Shown here: piece after piece, positions 31,147 through 41,187 of the stretch | Position numbering within the stretch: the stretch's first letter is position 1 | How the letters are laid out: each line of letters opens with the position of its first letter | Origin: an uncultured Pseudomonadales bacterium | GTDB taxonomy: Bacteria > Patescibacteriota > Microgenomatia > UBA1400 > PJMF01 | Assembly (NCBI GenBank): GCA_964570365.1 | Contig: CAZMXT010000002.1 | Coordinates: 57,752-121,751 of the forward strand | DNA: 64,000 nucleotides | Reading direction: 5' to 3' | Notes under the pieces: model-generated | The model's input: only the letters and a program-made list of their open reading frames with translations | The model's database searches: none | Told to the model about the DNA's origin: nothing | Position numbers and translations under genes: made by a program

Positions 31147-32127
31147 CTACCGTAAATACTGCTGAACATTTGCATTATGCTCAGGAAGTGTTTCAGCAAA
31201 GTGAATTTGGCCTTTGGTATCATGGATATAGTAGAGGTAGTTGGAAGCACGAGGATTCATACTGGCCTTCAGTGCTTCTAGGCTCGGGTTGGCAATTGGG
31301 TGGGGTGGTAAGCCCATATACTTGTAGGTATTAAACGGGGAAGTGCTCTCTTTATCAGCGATTAAGGGCGGCGTCCACCAGGCTTGCTGGGCGGTGTCAT
31401 AGCCACGAATATACTGCAGTGTTGCATCTACATTCAATCCCATCCCAAGCTTAATCCTATTCCAGAGAATGCCGGCCACGGTTCTCATCTGGTCAGGATC
31501 GCTGGCTTCTCGTTCCACGATAGAAGCAATGGTTACAATGTCTTCCAAAGATCTGCCAGACGCGTCAATCTCAGCTGCTAAATCTTCTTCAACTTTCTCT
31601 GCAAAAGTATTTCTAAATAACTGGAAAAATGTTTTTGCTGTGGCTGACTTCTGAATTAGATAGGTGTCTGGGAATAAGTAGCCTTCTTCTGGTTTAGCTA
31701 AAGCTAAGAACTCTGCTTGATCAAACTCTGAAAATTCTTGCCGCTCAATCATCTCGGCAATCTCTTCTACTCGCCACCCTTCTAAGACAGTAATCCAGAC
31801 ATCATTACTACCTTGGGTGAGTTTGTCGGCAATTTGCGCTGTAGACATGTTAGGGGAAATTTTAAAAGATCCAGCCTGAAGTTTATTAGACAGATTACTT
31901 CGCCAAGTCACAAAACGAAAAGCCAGAGGATGGCGAATCAGACCAGCATCGGTGAGACGTTGACCAATAGCTGTAACTGATTGACCCTTAGGAATTACGA
32001 AAGTGACAGCCTCTATTTTTCCTGGACTGACGGGTTGTAGCTGCTGGTACCCAGCAAAAACGCCTACTCCGGAAACAGCTAAACCCAGAAGGAGAAATAT
32101 GACTAAGAAGAGAATGCCTTTTTTCAC
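31147..32127 (-). CDS. mltG: Endolytic transglycosylase MltG (YceG family)
   Basis: N-terminal TM, EGYLFPDTY, ASIVERE, SPFNTYKYMGLPPHPIANP. Confidence 0.95.
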   Translation of the reverse strand: MKKGILFLVIFLLLGLAVSGVGVFAGYQQLQPVSPGKIEAVTFVIPKGQSVTAIGQRLTDAGLIRHPLAFRFVTWRSNLSNKLQAGSFKISPNMSTAQIADKLTQGSNDVWITVLEGWRVEEIAEMIERQEFSEFDQAEFLALAKPEEGYLFPDTYLIQKSATAKTFFQLFRNTFAEKVEEDLAAEIDASGRSLEDIVTIASIVEREASDPDQMRTVAGILWNRIKLGMGLNVDATLQYIRGYDTAQQAWWTPPLIADKESTSPFNTYKYMGLPPHPIANPSLEALKASMNPRASNYLYYIHDTKGQIHFAETLPEHNANVQQYLR

Positions 32128-32139
32128 TCCCTGAGTATA

Positions 32140-32532
32140 TCATTTGGGATAGGCATCTAAGTACTCTTGCAAAAACTCAGCGGCCGCATATTGATCAATT
32201 GTGCCACGTCGTAAGTGCGTTTTCCCCCCTGCTCGGAGTTTCTGTGTTACTACGACCGAACTGAGTGTCTCATCGACAAACTCAAGTGGTAAAGCTACTT
32301 CTGCCTGGAGCTGTTGAACAAACTGGCGAGTTTGCTCAGCCATCGTATTTTCGGAGAGCCCAACTATGATCTGTTGAATAGACTCACGAGCAATCAAGTC
32401 TTTGAGTTCTGCGATGGTCCGAGCTGAGTTCTCTAGTATCCCCAATGGCTCTGCCAAGATCCCTCGAGAAATTGCCAAACCAATTCGCTTCGTCCCAAAA
32501 TCTATGGAAAGGGTGGTTGGAGGAAATGACAT
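32140..32532 (-). CDS. ruvX: YqgF/RuvX family nuclease (pre-16S rRNA processing)
   Basis: LSIDFGTKRIGLAIS, VDETLSS, IDQYAAAEFLQEYLD. Confidence 0.92.
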   Translation of the reverse strand: MSFPPTTLSIDFGTKRIGLAISRGILAEPLGILENSARTIAELKDLIARESIQQIIVGLSENTMAEQTRQFVQQLQAEVALPLEFVDETLSSVVVTQKLRAGGKTHLRRGTIDQYAAAEFLQEYLDAYPK

Positions 32533-32542
32533 AGAATGATTA

Positions 32543-33529
32543 CTATAATGGCTGTGTTTCCAACTCAGCCACGATGACTCCTCTACGTAAGTAGGTCCCT
32601 TCTGGGACACAGGTGATCAATTTTAACTGATTTACCTGATAATTTTGCTCCAAAATAAAAGTTTCATCAGGCTTAACTTCTCGTTTTTCCCTCACAATAT
32701 AGGTATATCGAACGTCATCATGGGTGACGTAAATTCTATCTCCAGGTTTTAAGATCATAATTTTACTGAAAATCGAGTTGTAGCGACGAGGATTTTTAAT
32801 GCTGGGGTTATAAAACTGCCGCAAGACAGAGTGACCAAAAATCACCGGCGAGCCTAGTTGACCTGGCATAGCTGTTCCAGGGTACTGAATCAAACTGTGA
32901 TCCAAGTTGGTGCCCCCAACTCGCACCTTGGCATTCTCCACATTTAAGGTGGGAATATCAACTCGATACTCAATTTGGCTAGTACTCGTCTCACTTTCTC
33001 CAAGCTCAGGTATAGAGCTTTCGGGGAACCAGTTTGAAAGATTACTATAGTCAAGTTGGTCGTTCAAAATTGTCGGTTCAATACTAGAAACTTCTCCAGC
33101 TGAAAAAGCTTCAGCCTGATCATTGCTCCCTTGCGCCTGTACCTGAGTGACTCCAGGAATTCTCGCCTCTAGGACTTGCTCTCGTGGAATTGGTGCCAAG
33201 AGATTAGTACTGGAGAGATCAGGAGAAGTAAAAACAAAGTACGATAAGATCGGCCAAGCTGCGTTCCCGACTAAGAAAATACCCAAACTCACAAAAATAA
33301 TAGGTAAAGAGTGTGCAAAAACCCTCGCTAGCAACGGACCTTTTTTTTTAATCTTTTGGAGGTGTTGACGATCATCCTTTTCTTCTAATTTCAGGGTAGT
33401 TTGAGAGCGCAGCAAAAAGGTATCAATTTTTTGTTGCACTGTATCTAAAGGGATGTTCCCTAAAACTGCCTGACGATAAAGACTAATGAGCTTGTCTTTT
33501 GAAATTGCTCTGGTACTTGGGGAAGGCAT
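32543..33529 (-). CDS. Membrane-anchored sortase
   Basis: TM segment then YPGTAMPGQLGSPVIFGHS (His), LITC (Cys), R in TYLRR. Confidence 0.88.
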   Translation of the reverse strand: MPSPSTRAISKDKLISLYRQAVLGNIPLDTVQQKIDTFLLRSQTTLKLEEKDDRQHLQKIKKKGPLLARVFAHSLPIIFVSLGIFLVGNAAWPILSYFVFTSPDLSSTNLLAPIPREQVLEARIPGVTQVQAQGSNDQAEAFSAGEVSSIEPTILNDQLDYSNLSNWFPESSIPELGESETSTSQIEYRVDIPTLNVENAKVRVGGTNLDHSLIQYPGTAMPGQLGSPVIFGHSVLRQFYNPSIKNPRRYNSIFSKIMILKPGDRIYVTHDDVRYTYIVREKREVKPDETFILEQNYQVNQLKLITCVPEGTYLRRGVIVAELETQPL

Positions 33530-33547
33530 AAATTAGCACTATTATAA

Positions 33548-35785
33548 TTACTCAGTAATCGTAATGGTAATTTTTTCGAGTTGCTTTGGTACTGATTGGG
33601 TGATTAAGGCAAAGAACTTTGGCCAACGGCTCACCTGAACTGACTCTATCTGAGGCTTTCCTTGCAAAGTCGCGACTGCCACTTTTTCTGCTTGGCCTGC
33701 TACTTCTTTTTTCCAGTCTTCCACTTGAACTACCGGTTGGACAACTGAGGAGAGATTTACATTTAAAGTCACTTGCGCAGAAGTGGTGGAGCTATTTGCT
33801 GGTGCAGATAAAATCTGCGGGTCTTTCTCGATCAACTTATAATTTGCTGGCGCCTGAGCTGACAAGATAGCGACTGCCAACGGCTTCAAATCTTCAGGCG
33901 AGTACGAGAGCGCCTCAGCTTCCATTTTTAGAGAAAGATCAAAGGTATTTGTTTCTTTGCCTACTTCTGCATTGTACTTGGTTTCCAAAACTTTTACTCG
34001 GTTCGTGGGAACAATAAAACGACCTTCAGCTGCTTGAGCATTCAGCTCAGTTGCAGCCTGATCACTGAGCTCTTTTCGCAGCGTAGCGAGTAAACTATCT
34101 CGGTCCTTTTGAGAAACCGCTCGGATTTCTCGACTGGTGCCGCCAGCTAACTGAGCATTCGTTCGAGCAACGTAGGTCTCCAGAGAGAAACTCTCGATTG
34201 TCAGCTCTGTTTGTGCCGGGATATTAGACGTATCACCGATCTCTGCTGCGGTAACCCCTGCTTCGCTAGTGCCTGGCTTGGTTTCGAAGTTTGTCCCAGT
34301 ACTTGCAGAGGCAACAGTGACTGATTCATCGAGGGTAAACTTCAGCGTCTTACTTGCCAATACAGTTCCTGCCGAAAAAGATTTAGCGCTGGAGGTTCGA
34401 TTAAATATCGTAATCTTTCCCTTTGCCTTATCTCCAATGATCTTTTTTCCAGTGGAATCAGCCGTCTTTTGACCTGAAACTTCTTTTTTCACCACATCGG
34501 CTTTTAAGACTCTTTTCTCTACATCACTACTGACCGCCTGAGAGTCTAAAATTAATTGAATTTCTTGACTGACTGGCTGAGTGCGAAGGCGAACTATAAA
34601 GTTGGCAGAGATCATGTTCCTGGCAGCAACGGTAGAAAAAAGAGCCAGTAGAGCGAGCCCAGTGATCACACCGATGATGACGAGCAGGATTGGTCGACGA
34701 TGAAAGAGATGCAACCTTCCATGACTAGGGACAGCGTCTTCGTAGGCATCTACATCTAGTTCTGCAGCAGTGGTAGCGTCGTGGGAATGAATAGAGTCTA
34801 ATGATACAGGAATCCCAAAAGTGGATGCCTGCGTATTGTGTGAGACAACAACATCTGGAACAGCAGTTGCTTCTTTCCTTTCAACTCTCTTGAAGTTATC
34901 TGGCACAGCTGTTCCCAGTCTTCCTGGTTCAGAGACTTCGTCCTCAATTTTGGAGTCATTCGCAACTGACAATTCTGCTTCGCCAAGCTCCCCATCCTCG
35001 GGAGAGGTAGTCTCAGCGATCAAATGATGAGCCTGAGCAACCGCTTTTCCACCAGTCTCCACCATCACCTCCAAAAACTTTTCAGGTGGATAGACCTCTA
35101 CTATGGGTGGGTGCATAAAAGGATGATGCTTCGCCCATTCGTAACCAAGGAGTTGTTGCTGAGTCGCCACTACTTCTTCGGCAGATAGAGTGCTGGAGAA
35201 GAGCAGAAACTTGGTTGGAAATACTTTTTCGGTAAAGTGAGCAAATGCCTCCGTTAAATCTGAGACGCCATCACCAGACCGACCAACTTGCTCAGTTTGC
35301 AAAATCTGCCCACTTTTGACTAAAGAAGCAAAAACTGCATGAGCAGTCAACTCAATTAGGAAAAAATGCTGCTGCGGTTCTGAGTTGTGAGCTAAGTACT
35401 GAACTAAGGCTTCAGAGGTCACCACAAAGCCAATTGCTTCTAACGATAATTCTTTAACGAGTTTTTGGAAAAGTGGTTTACGAATCTGCTGAATTCCTTC
35501 TTTGTCTACCCATTCAGGGTTCAGGGCAAAGAGTGCTTGCTTCACATTTTCTGACTCTTTCCCTAGTTCCTGCAAACTCAGATCAACCGCCTCTACGCAT
35601 TGCTCGTCAGTTTGCCATTGATGGGGTGAGGATTGAGTGACAACTTTTACTGCTCCATTGAGCACCTGCCACAAAACGGCTTGAACCTGACCATCTGCTA
35701 AGTGAATCGCAAAAAATAATGGGGTAGGAGTTTCTTCCTGATTTGATAACAACTGAGGGAGCTTCATGATCATAGGTCCTATCAT
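33548..35785 (-). CDS. Large membrane protein with cytoplasmic N-domain, single TM and baseplate-J-like extracellular domain
   Basis: TM ILLVIIGVITGLALLALF; AKGKITIFN, FTLDESVTV, VTAAEIGDTSNI, LAGGTS resemble baseplate J/gp47-type repeats; start may be 35773 or 35767. Confidence 0.6.
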   Translation of the reverse strand: MIGPMIMKLPQLLSNQEETPTPLFFAIHLADGQVQAVLWQVLNGAVKVVTQSSPHQWQTDEQCVEAVDLSLQELGKESENVKQALFALNPEWVDKEGIQQIRKPLFQKLVKELSLEAIGFVVTSEALVQYLAHNSEPQQHFFLIELTAHAVFASLVKSGQILQTEQVGRSGDGVSDLTEAFAHFTEKVFPTKFLLFSSTLSAEEVVATQQQLLGYEWAKHHPFMHPPIVEVYPPEKFLEVMVETGGKAVAQAHHLIAETTSPEDGELGEAELSVANDSKIEDEVSEPGRLGTAVPDNFKRVERKEATAVPDVVVSHNTQASTFGIPVSLDSIHSHDATTAAELDVDAYEDAVPSHGRLHLFHRRPILLVIIGVITGLALLALFSTVAARNMISANFIVRLRTQPVSQEIQLILDSQAVSSDVEKRVLKADVVKKEVSGQKTADSTGKKIIGDKAKGKITIFNRTSSAKSFSAGTVLASKTLKFTLDESVTVASASTGTNFETKPGTSEAGVTAAEIGDTSNIPAQTELTIESFSLETYVARTNAQLAGGTSREIRAVSQKDRDSLLATLRKELSDQAATELNAQAAEGRFIVPTNRVKVLETKYNAEVGKETNTFDLSLKMEAEALSYSPEDLKPLAVAILSAQAPANYKLIEKDPQILSAPANSSTTSAQVTLNVNLSSVVQPVVQVEDWKKEVAGQAEKVAVATLQGKPQIESVQVSRWPKFFALITQSVPKQLEKITITITE

Positions 35786-35830
35786 TAAAACAAAATTCTG
35801 AGGCTTTGGAAAGGGATACCGACAGATTGC

Positions 35831-37708
35831 TTACTGGAACTGGATGTAAATGCGCCGAATTCCGGCAGAAGCAGATTGCTCTTTGAGGATCCGAACAGGG
35901 CCAATCTGGCCAGTTGAAGACACATGAGGGCCACCGCAGAACTCTTTAGAAATCCAGTCCGACTCAACATCTTTGCCAATGGTATAGACAGTGACTTGAT
36001 CAGGGTATTTTTCAATAAAGAAGGCAATTGCGCCTGATTTCAGCGCGTCAGTTTTCTTCATTTTTTGTAATGTGACCGGCAAATCAGCCTTGATCCACTC
36101 ATTCATCTGGGCAGAAACGTGCTCTATTTCTGTCGGTGTTAAAGCCTGGGGATGAGAAAAGTCAAAGCGTAGCCGCTCAACTGTAATGTTGGAGCCTTTT
36201 TGCTGCACATGAGTACCTAAGATCTTCCTGAGTGCTGCATGGAGTAAGTGAGTGGCAGTATGGAACTTGGTGGTGACTTCTGAGTGTTCCTCTAACCCAC
36301 CTTTAAATTTGCCCGCAGAAGCAGTTCTCGATTTTTCTTTATGAAGATTAAAAGCTTTCGCAAAGGCTTCTGTATCGACGTGTTGACCTCTCTCAACAGC
36401 AATTTCTTTAGTTAGCTCTAACGGAAAGCCGTAGGTTTCATATAACTGAAAAGCAATTTCTCCTGTGAGTTCTGGAAAATGCTCTATCTCTCGCAAGCCT
36501 TTATCTAGAGTTTTGTTAAACTTTTCCTCTTCATCTCCCAAGACTTTCTTAATTTGGTCAGCCTGAATTTGTACTTCTGGATAAGCATCTCCGTATAAAG
36601 TAATCACTTCCTGCGCCATTTGGCTGACAAAAGCTTGCCTAATCCCAATCATCCGACCATAGCGAACAGCCCTCCGAATAAGGCGTCGCGCTACATACCC
36701 TTGCTCTTTATTGGAAGGATAGACGCCATCAGCCGCTAGCATCGTTGCAGCTCGCAAGTGATCACTGATAACTCGAAATGAGCGCTGCGTGTTGAGATCT
36801 TCTGGACTGTATTTTTTGCCGCTGACTGCTTCAATCTTGGCAATCAAAGGTTGAAAAAGGGCGGTAGTAAATATGTCTGGATCGTTATTCAACGCAGCCA
36901 AAATGCGTTCAAACCCACCACCAAAGTCAATATTCTTTTGCTTGAGGAGCTCAAAACCTTTCTCTGTACGAATATAGGTCATGAAGACATTATTGCCGAT
37001 CTCTAAAAAGCGACCACAATCACAGTTCACATGACACTGCTGAGTGCTAAAAACTGAGTTCTCGTGTAGCTGCAGCTCATCACCAAAGTCATAAAATACT
37101 TCACTATCTGGACCACCTAGCTCACCCACTGGCATATTCTTAGGAGCGCCCACACGTGACCACCAGTTTTTATTTTCGTTATAGTAGAAAATTCGGCCTG
37201 CTTGCAGGCCTTCCTGCTCAGAAAAATCGATATCTTTCGCCTCAATTCCCACGGTTTCGAATAAGCGTTTCCAGATCTTCACCGCTTCAGTATCACGAGG
37301 AATATTGAGGTCAGGCTGACCTCGGAATACCGTCACATATAAATTTTCAGGATTCAGACCTACTTCTTTGGTTAAAAACTGAAAAAACCACTCCAGCTGC
37401 TCTTGCTTAAAATAATCACCCAGTGACCAGTTCCCCAACATTTCAAAAAAGGTAGTATGTCGATTATCACCCACTTCTTCGATGTCCTGAGAACGAAAGC
37501 ATTTTTGAGAGTCTACTAAGCGGATACCTTTAGGATGAGCTGCCCCGAGTAAATACGGCATCATCGGCTGCATACCAGAGCCGGTGAAAAGTGTGGTTGG
37601 ATCATTTTCTGGAGTCATGGGCGCTGACGGCAAGATAGCATGACCATGTTCTGCAAAAAAATTCAGGTACTTTTGGCGTAATTGAGCGGGAGAAAACGGT
37701 AAAGACAT
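35831..37708 (-). CDS. alaS: Alanine--tRNA ligase, short form lacking the C-Ala domain
   Basis: LFTGSGMQP, HTTFFEMLGNWSLGDYFK, editing HTATHLLH and EFCGGPHV; ends at GIRRIYIQFQ. Confidence 0.96.
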   Translation of the reverse strand: MSLPFSPAQLRQKYLNFFAEHGHAILPSAPMTPENDPTTLFTGSGMQPMMPYLLGAAHPKGIRLVDSQKCFRSQDIEEVGDNRHTTFFEMLGNWSLGDYFKQEQLEWFFQFLTKEVGLNPENLYVTVFRGQPDLNIPRDTEAVKIWKRLFETVGIEAKDIDFSEQEGLQAGRIFYYNENKNWWSRVGAPKNMPVGELGGPDSEVFYDFGDELQLHENSVFSTQQCHVNCDCGRFLEIGNNVFMTYIRTEKGFELLKQKNIDFGGGFERILAALNNDPDIFTTALFQPLIAKIEAVSGKKYSPEDLNTQRSFRVISDHLRAATMLAADGVYPSNKEQGYVARRLIRRAVRYGRMIGIRQAFVSQMAQEVITLYGDAYPEVQIQADQIKKVLGDEEEKFNKTLDKGLREIEHFPELTGEIAFQLYETYGFPLELTKEIAVERGQHVDTEAFAKAFNLHKEKSRTASAGKFKGGLEEHSEVTTKFHTATHLLHAALRKILGTHVQQKGSNITVERLRFDFSHPQALTPTEIEHVSAQMNEWIKADLPVTLQKMKKTDALKSGAIAFFIEKYPDQVTVYTIGKDVESDWISKEFCGGPHVSSTGQIGPVRILKEQSASAGIRRIYIQFQ

Positions 37709-37732
37709 GAAAGCAATTATACCAGTAAAAGG

Positions 37733-38095
37733 TTAAACACCTTTAAAGCGGTTTCCACCAAACTTCTTCACTTTACTAGATGGGCGAGACAGCTTTTTGC
37801 CTTTTGCGGTAGGATTCATGAGTGAGGTTGGAAGTGATGTGTTGAGGGTGTTAATAAAGAACTCATGTAAAAACTCACGCAACGATATCTTATTATTGAC
37901 GATTACACCTTCCTCTATCATATTAGCTTTTGCTTCTTCCCATTCTTTCGTCAATTTCTTGCGTAACTTTTCACCATTTTCTGTCGCAAATAAATAGTAA
38001 CCAGCTGCTCCAGCAAAAATACCTAAAGTAAAACCCACCATGAACGAACCTTGTTCTGCAGGGTTTTCAAGATTATTCAGATCAGAATTATTCAT
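37733..38095 (-). CDS. YtxH-like protein
   Basis: FMVGFTLGIFAGAAGYYLFATENGEKLRKKL. Confidence 0.65.
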   Translation of the reverse strand: MNNSDLNNLENPAEQGSFMVGFTLGIFAGAAGYYLFATENGEKLRKKLTKEWEEAKANMIEEGVIVNNKISLREFLHEFFINTLNTSLPTSLMNPTAKGKKLSRPSSKVKKFGGNRFKGV

Positions 38096-38372
38096 CTTGT
38101 TGCTTTCCTCGGTTCAACCAGCGAGTAAAAGACTCAAATATCTTAAATCCTGCACTCAGACTCCCAGTCATTCCGACTAGGCTTTGAAGAGGAGAAGCAA
38201 TGGCGTTAATTTTACTCTCAGCCATATCAATAGTCATGTTAACTCGATCTAAAGTTTCGGTCAGCCTGCGGAGGACTTGCACGACGTAGACCCCTACTAC
38301 AACTAACGTGATCGTCAATAAACTGACAGCAATTGTTAATACGATTGGTAATATATTCATGAATACTTCCAT
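38088..38372 (-). CDS. DUF948/YtxG-like membrane protein
   Basis: TM followed by VLRRLTETLDRVN coiled coil; paired with YtxH-like gene; GAGGAG SD. Confidence 0.6.
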   Translation of the reverse strand: MEVFMNILPIVLTIAVSLLTITLVVVGVYVVQVLRRLTETLDRVNMTIDMAESKINAIASPLQSLVGMTGSLSAGFKIFESFTRWLNRGKQQDE

Positions 38373-38418
38373 ATGAACTCCTCAACAGTAACTATAACAC
38401 ATCAAATCCACGCAATCA

Positions 38419-39063
38419 TCAAAAGCGTACGTGAACTGAACGCTGAGTTTGATTTTTCTTACCCCGACGATCTGCCACTTCAACTGTGATCACATGAATG
38501 CCCTCACGAGGCAAGTAGACGTCAGTTTCAAATGTCCCATTAGGCAGAATGCTGACTGGTTGGGAGTTCACCATGACTTTGCCATCCGAAACTGTTTGAC
38601 CAGCTACTTTAATCTGAGGGGACACAAAAGCATTTTCCAGTGGCGACTCTACGATGAGTATGGGTGGTTTTTGCAGGTTATACCACTGTAAAACCAAGTA
38701 ACTCATCAAGGTAAAAAAAATTGCGCCTAAGGCCAAAACAGTCACTGTAATTGGCGTCCAAACTAGTCGGCGTTTTAAAACTGGCTTAATAAATTCTCGT
38801 GGAACGAGGGTACCGGAAGCGCTTTCTTTGTAATCTCGGCGCAGAATTCCTAGTAATGGAAGAGGGTCTAAGTTGAACAATCCAGCATAGGTCTTGATAA
38901 AACCTTTGACAAAAGTGGAAGCAGGTAACTCGGAAAACTCATTTCTTTCTAAAGCCTCCAGATATTCTGGCCGAATTCTAGTTCGCTGCGCCATCTCTTT
39001 GATTGAAAGATGATGTCGTAACCGCTCGTCTTGCAGAATTTCACCAATTGTTTTTGTTTTCAC
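38419..39063 (-). CDS. RodZ-like HTH-TM-Ig-like protein
   Basis: TIGEILQDER..TRIRPEYLEALERNEF..LP..FVKGFIKTYA; TM; C-terminal Ig-like strands. Confidence 0.8.
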   Translation of the reverse strand: MKTKTIGEILQDERLRHHLSIKEMAQRTRIRPEYLEALERNEFSELPASTFVKGFIKTYAGLFNLDPLPLLGILRRDYKESASGTLVPREFIKPVLKRRLVWTPITVTVLALGAIFFTLMSYLVLQWYNLQKPPILIVESPLENAFVSPQIKVAGQTVSDGKVMVNSQPVSILPNGTFETDVYLPREGIHVITVEVADRRGKKNQTQRSVHVRF

Positions 39064-39083
39064 AGTTCACTATACACTCAAAT

Positions 39084-39521
39084 TTAGGTGGTCATCAATT
39101 GCTTCACTGCTGCTGAAACACGACCACCATCAGCTCTGCCAGCTACTTTTGCCATCACAGCCCTCATTACTTCACCAAAGTTGGCACCTTCTGTACCTCG
39201 CTTTGCTTCTACGACCAACTTCATTAACTCTTCCTCACTCAGTTGCTGAGGAAGGTAGGCTTCGAGAATTGCAACTTTACTTGTTTCTTCAGAAACTAAA
39301 TCCTGGCGACCCGCTTTTTCAAAGTCAATCAAAGCGTCCTTCATTTTCTTGACTTCACTAGCAATCAACTTGAGCACACCAGCGTCATCCTGCTCACCAT
39401 TATCAATTTCCCAGTTTTTAATAATCGAGAGTAGGAAACGAATTGTATTCAAGCGCAACGAGTCTCTGGCTCGCATTGCATTTTTCATATCTTCGGTAAG
39501 TTGGTTTTTAAGAGGTGACAT
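39084..39521 (-). CDS. GatB/YqeY domain protein
   Basis: LTEDMKNAMRARD, YLPQQLSEEEL, GRADGGRVS; start ATG 39521 after AAGGAG. Confidence 0.92.
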   Translation of the reverse strand: MSPLKNQLTEDMKNAMRARDSLRLNTIRFLLSIIKNWEIDNGEQDDAGVLKLIASEVKKMKDALIDFEKAGRQDLVSEETSKVAILEAYLPQQLSEEELMKLVVEAKRGTEGANFGEVMRAVMAKVAGRADGGRVSAAVKQLMTT

Positions 39522-39574
39522 GGGACTCCTTACTAGTGATTGTAACATGTCCAGCATGGTATATTTCTCAAGCT

Positions 39575-40159
39575 ATGCCCGCACTTCGTCACTATCAGCG
39601 TTTTTGGCACTCTCCGGTGGTGTGGGTATTTGTTTTAGTGGTGATTGGAGGTATTTTCTCCCAGGTTAGACCATCGCTAATCCCGTCTCCCAGCTCAACA
39701 CTGCAAAATGTATCACCTTCAACTACTACTCCAGGTACTCCTAAGCTTCATCCCAGCTGCCAGGATGACAAGGACGTCAGTAAAGTACTGGGTTCTGCCT
39801 TCATGCTGCTCAGAGAAAACTATATCCCTGAGACTAAGCAGCTTGAGTGTTCATATCAGGCTGAAATACCTCTGCGAGGGGTATCACCATCAATTAGATA
39901 TCTTTGGAGGGAAGACTACACACCGGAAGAATGGAACAGTTTGCTCTCAGAACTGCAGCAGCAACTTGGCTTTCAGAGGCTGAGCGATCAAGAGAACTTA
40001 GTGGCGGTCCATAATCTTGTTCCAGAAGTAGCCCAAACTACTCTGTTCCACTATGCTGACCAAAAATTACTTGAAGTAAGATATACGCCAGTGGATGCAA
40101 GTCAAGCGCAGTTAGTAAGTGGTGCCACGCAATTGCTTACACTAATTGAGCAGCCATAA
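39575..40159 (+). CDS. Hypothetical membrane-anchored protein
   Basis: ORF with N-terminal TM (VVWVFVLVVIGGIF) and S/T/P-rich linker. Confidence 0.65.
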   Translation: MPALRHYQRFWHSPVVWVFVLVVIGGIFSQVRPSLIPSPSSTLQNVSPSTTTPGTPKLHPSCQDDKDVSKVLGSAFMLLRENYIPETKQLECSYQAEIPLRGVSPSIRYLWREDYTPEEWNSLLSELQQQLGFQRLSDQENLVAVHNLVPEVAQTTLFHYADQKLLEVRYTPVDASQAQLVSGATQLLTLIEQP

Positions 40160-40181
40160 AAATTCGTTATACTATCAATTA

Positions 40182-40340
40182 ATGAAAACATCACGCACCT
40201 CTGTAAAAGTACTACTCGCCGGGGCACTCATTGCCTTTGTGACTCTATTGGCAGCAACGATTGCCGTCCTTTCTTCTAAACCATTACCTCCTGATGACCC
40301 CTTAATCGAAGGTGCGCAAGTTGTACCTATCACACAATAA
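40182..40340 (+). CDS. Small membrane or secreted protein (52 aa)
   Basis: MKTSR + hydrophobic stretch; TATACT 8 nt upstream. Confidence 0.55.
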   Translation: MKTSRTSVKVLLAGALIAFVTLLAATIAVLSSKPLPPDDPLIEGAQVVPITQ

Positions 40341-40348
40341 AAGGACGT

Positions 40349-40654
40349 ATGGCACCGGTGAAGTACAAAAAATACTTTCAAGATATGTCTGATCAGTACG
40401 AGCTACTCTTCAGTAACTTCCAACCGATTCATGATGGGTACAAACAAGACCGTAAAAAATGGAGTCAACAATTTCATCAAGAAGGTCAAAAAGTAGTAGA
40501 GGTTGTCCAAGACTGGGAGCATCGACTCTGTGCTGGCATGGAGCGTGGTAACAATGCTGTTTTCTCCTCAAAACTTTCAGAAAAATTTTGGGCTGAAGTA
40601 AAAGGCCGCTTCTCACATATTGAATTAGTCGGCGCCAAGTCGAACTTAGACTGA
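40349..40654 (+). CDS. Hypothetical protein
   Basis: 101-aa ORF with AAGGA SD. Confidence 0.7.
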   Translation: MAPVKYKKYFQDMSDQYELLFSNFQPIHDGYKQDRKKWSQQFHQEGQKVVEVVQDWEHRLCAGMERGNNAVFSSKLSEKFWAEVKGRFSHIELVGAKSNLD

Positions 40655-40718
40655 TTTTTTTATAGTAACTTTCATTAAGTTATTTTTTCCAAAATTCTAT
40701 CGCAGAAATACGTCTAAA

Positions 40719-40757
40719 TGAAACCCAGTTGCAAAAAGAAACTTTCTCCTTTATGAT
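40719..40757 (+). promoter_or_regulatory. Promoter with overlapping putative Zur/Fur operator
   Basis: TTGCAA-N17-TATGAT; imperfect inverted repeat TGAAAC-CCA-GTTGCA overlapping the -35. Confidence 0.55.
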
Positions 40758-40768
40758 TCACAAATAAT

Positions 40769-41185
40769 ATGCCCAAGCATCAAAAACTGCTATTTGAGAA
40801 ATTGCTTCAAGAAAGTGATCTAAAAAAAACTGAATTTAGGTTACGCCTACTCAAGCTACTACAGACTTCAGCTAAACCTCTCTCTGCCCAAGAGATTCTC
40901 CTGAGGATGCGCCTCAAGCTCAAAGCTGCTGATAAAGTCACTCTCTACCGCAACTTAGAGGTATTTGAACAAAAAGGGCTAACCTGTCGGATGTACTTTA
41001 TTGGCCAAGAAGCGCTGTATGAGCTACGCTCTGATGAAAATCATCACCACCACTTGATTTGTACTCAGTGTCAAAAAGTCGAAGATGTTCCTTCTTGCGG
41101 AGTAGGGTTGCCACACACCGAGAGTGGATTTGTAACCAAACACCATCATCTAGAATTTTATGGATTATGTAAAGGCTGCCAGTAA
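40769..41185 (+). CDS. Fur-family regulator, likely Zur
   Basis: VTLYRNLEVF, HHHHLICTQCQKV, LEFYGLCKGC; heads a metal ABC operon. Confidence 0.9.
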   Translation: MPKHQKLLFEKLLQESDLKKTEFRLRLLKLLQTSAKPLSAQEILLRMRLKLKAADKVTLYRNLEVFEQKGLTCRMYFIGQEALYELRSDENHHHHLICTQCQKVEDVPSCGVGLPHTESGFVTKHHHLEFYGLCKGCQ

Positions 41186-41187
41186 TT

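Noticed and set aside
33548-35785. Prophage remnant
   Set aside because: No other phage genes, integrase or att sites; the protein has a TM anchor and sits among housekeeping genes.
35831-37708. Short alaS as a pseudogene
   Set aside because: Catalytic and editing motifs are intact; loss of the C-Ala domain is a known compact form.
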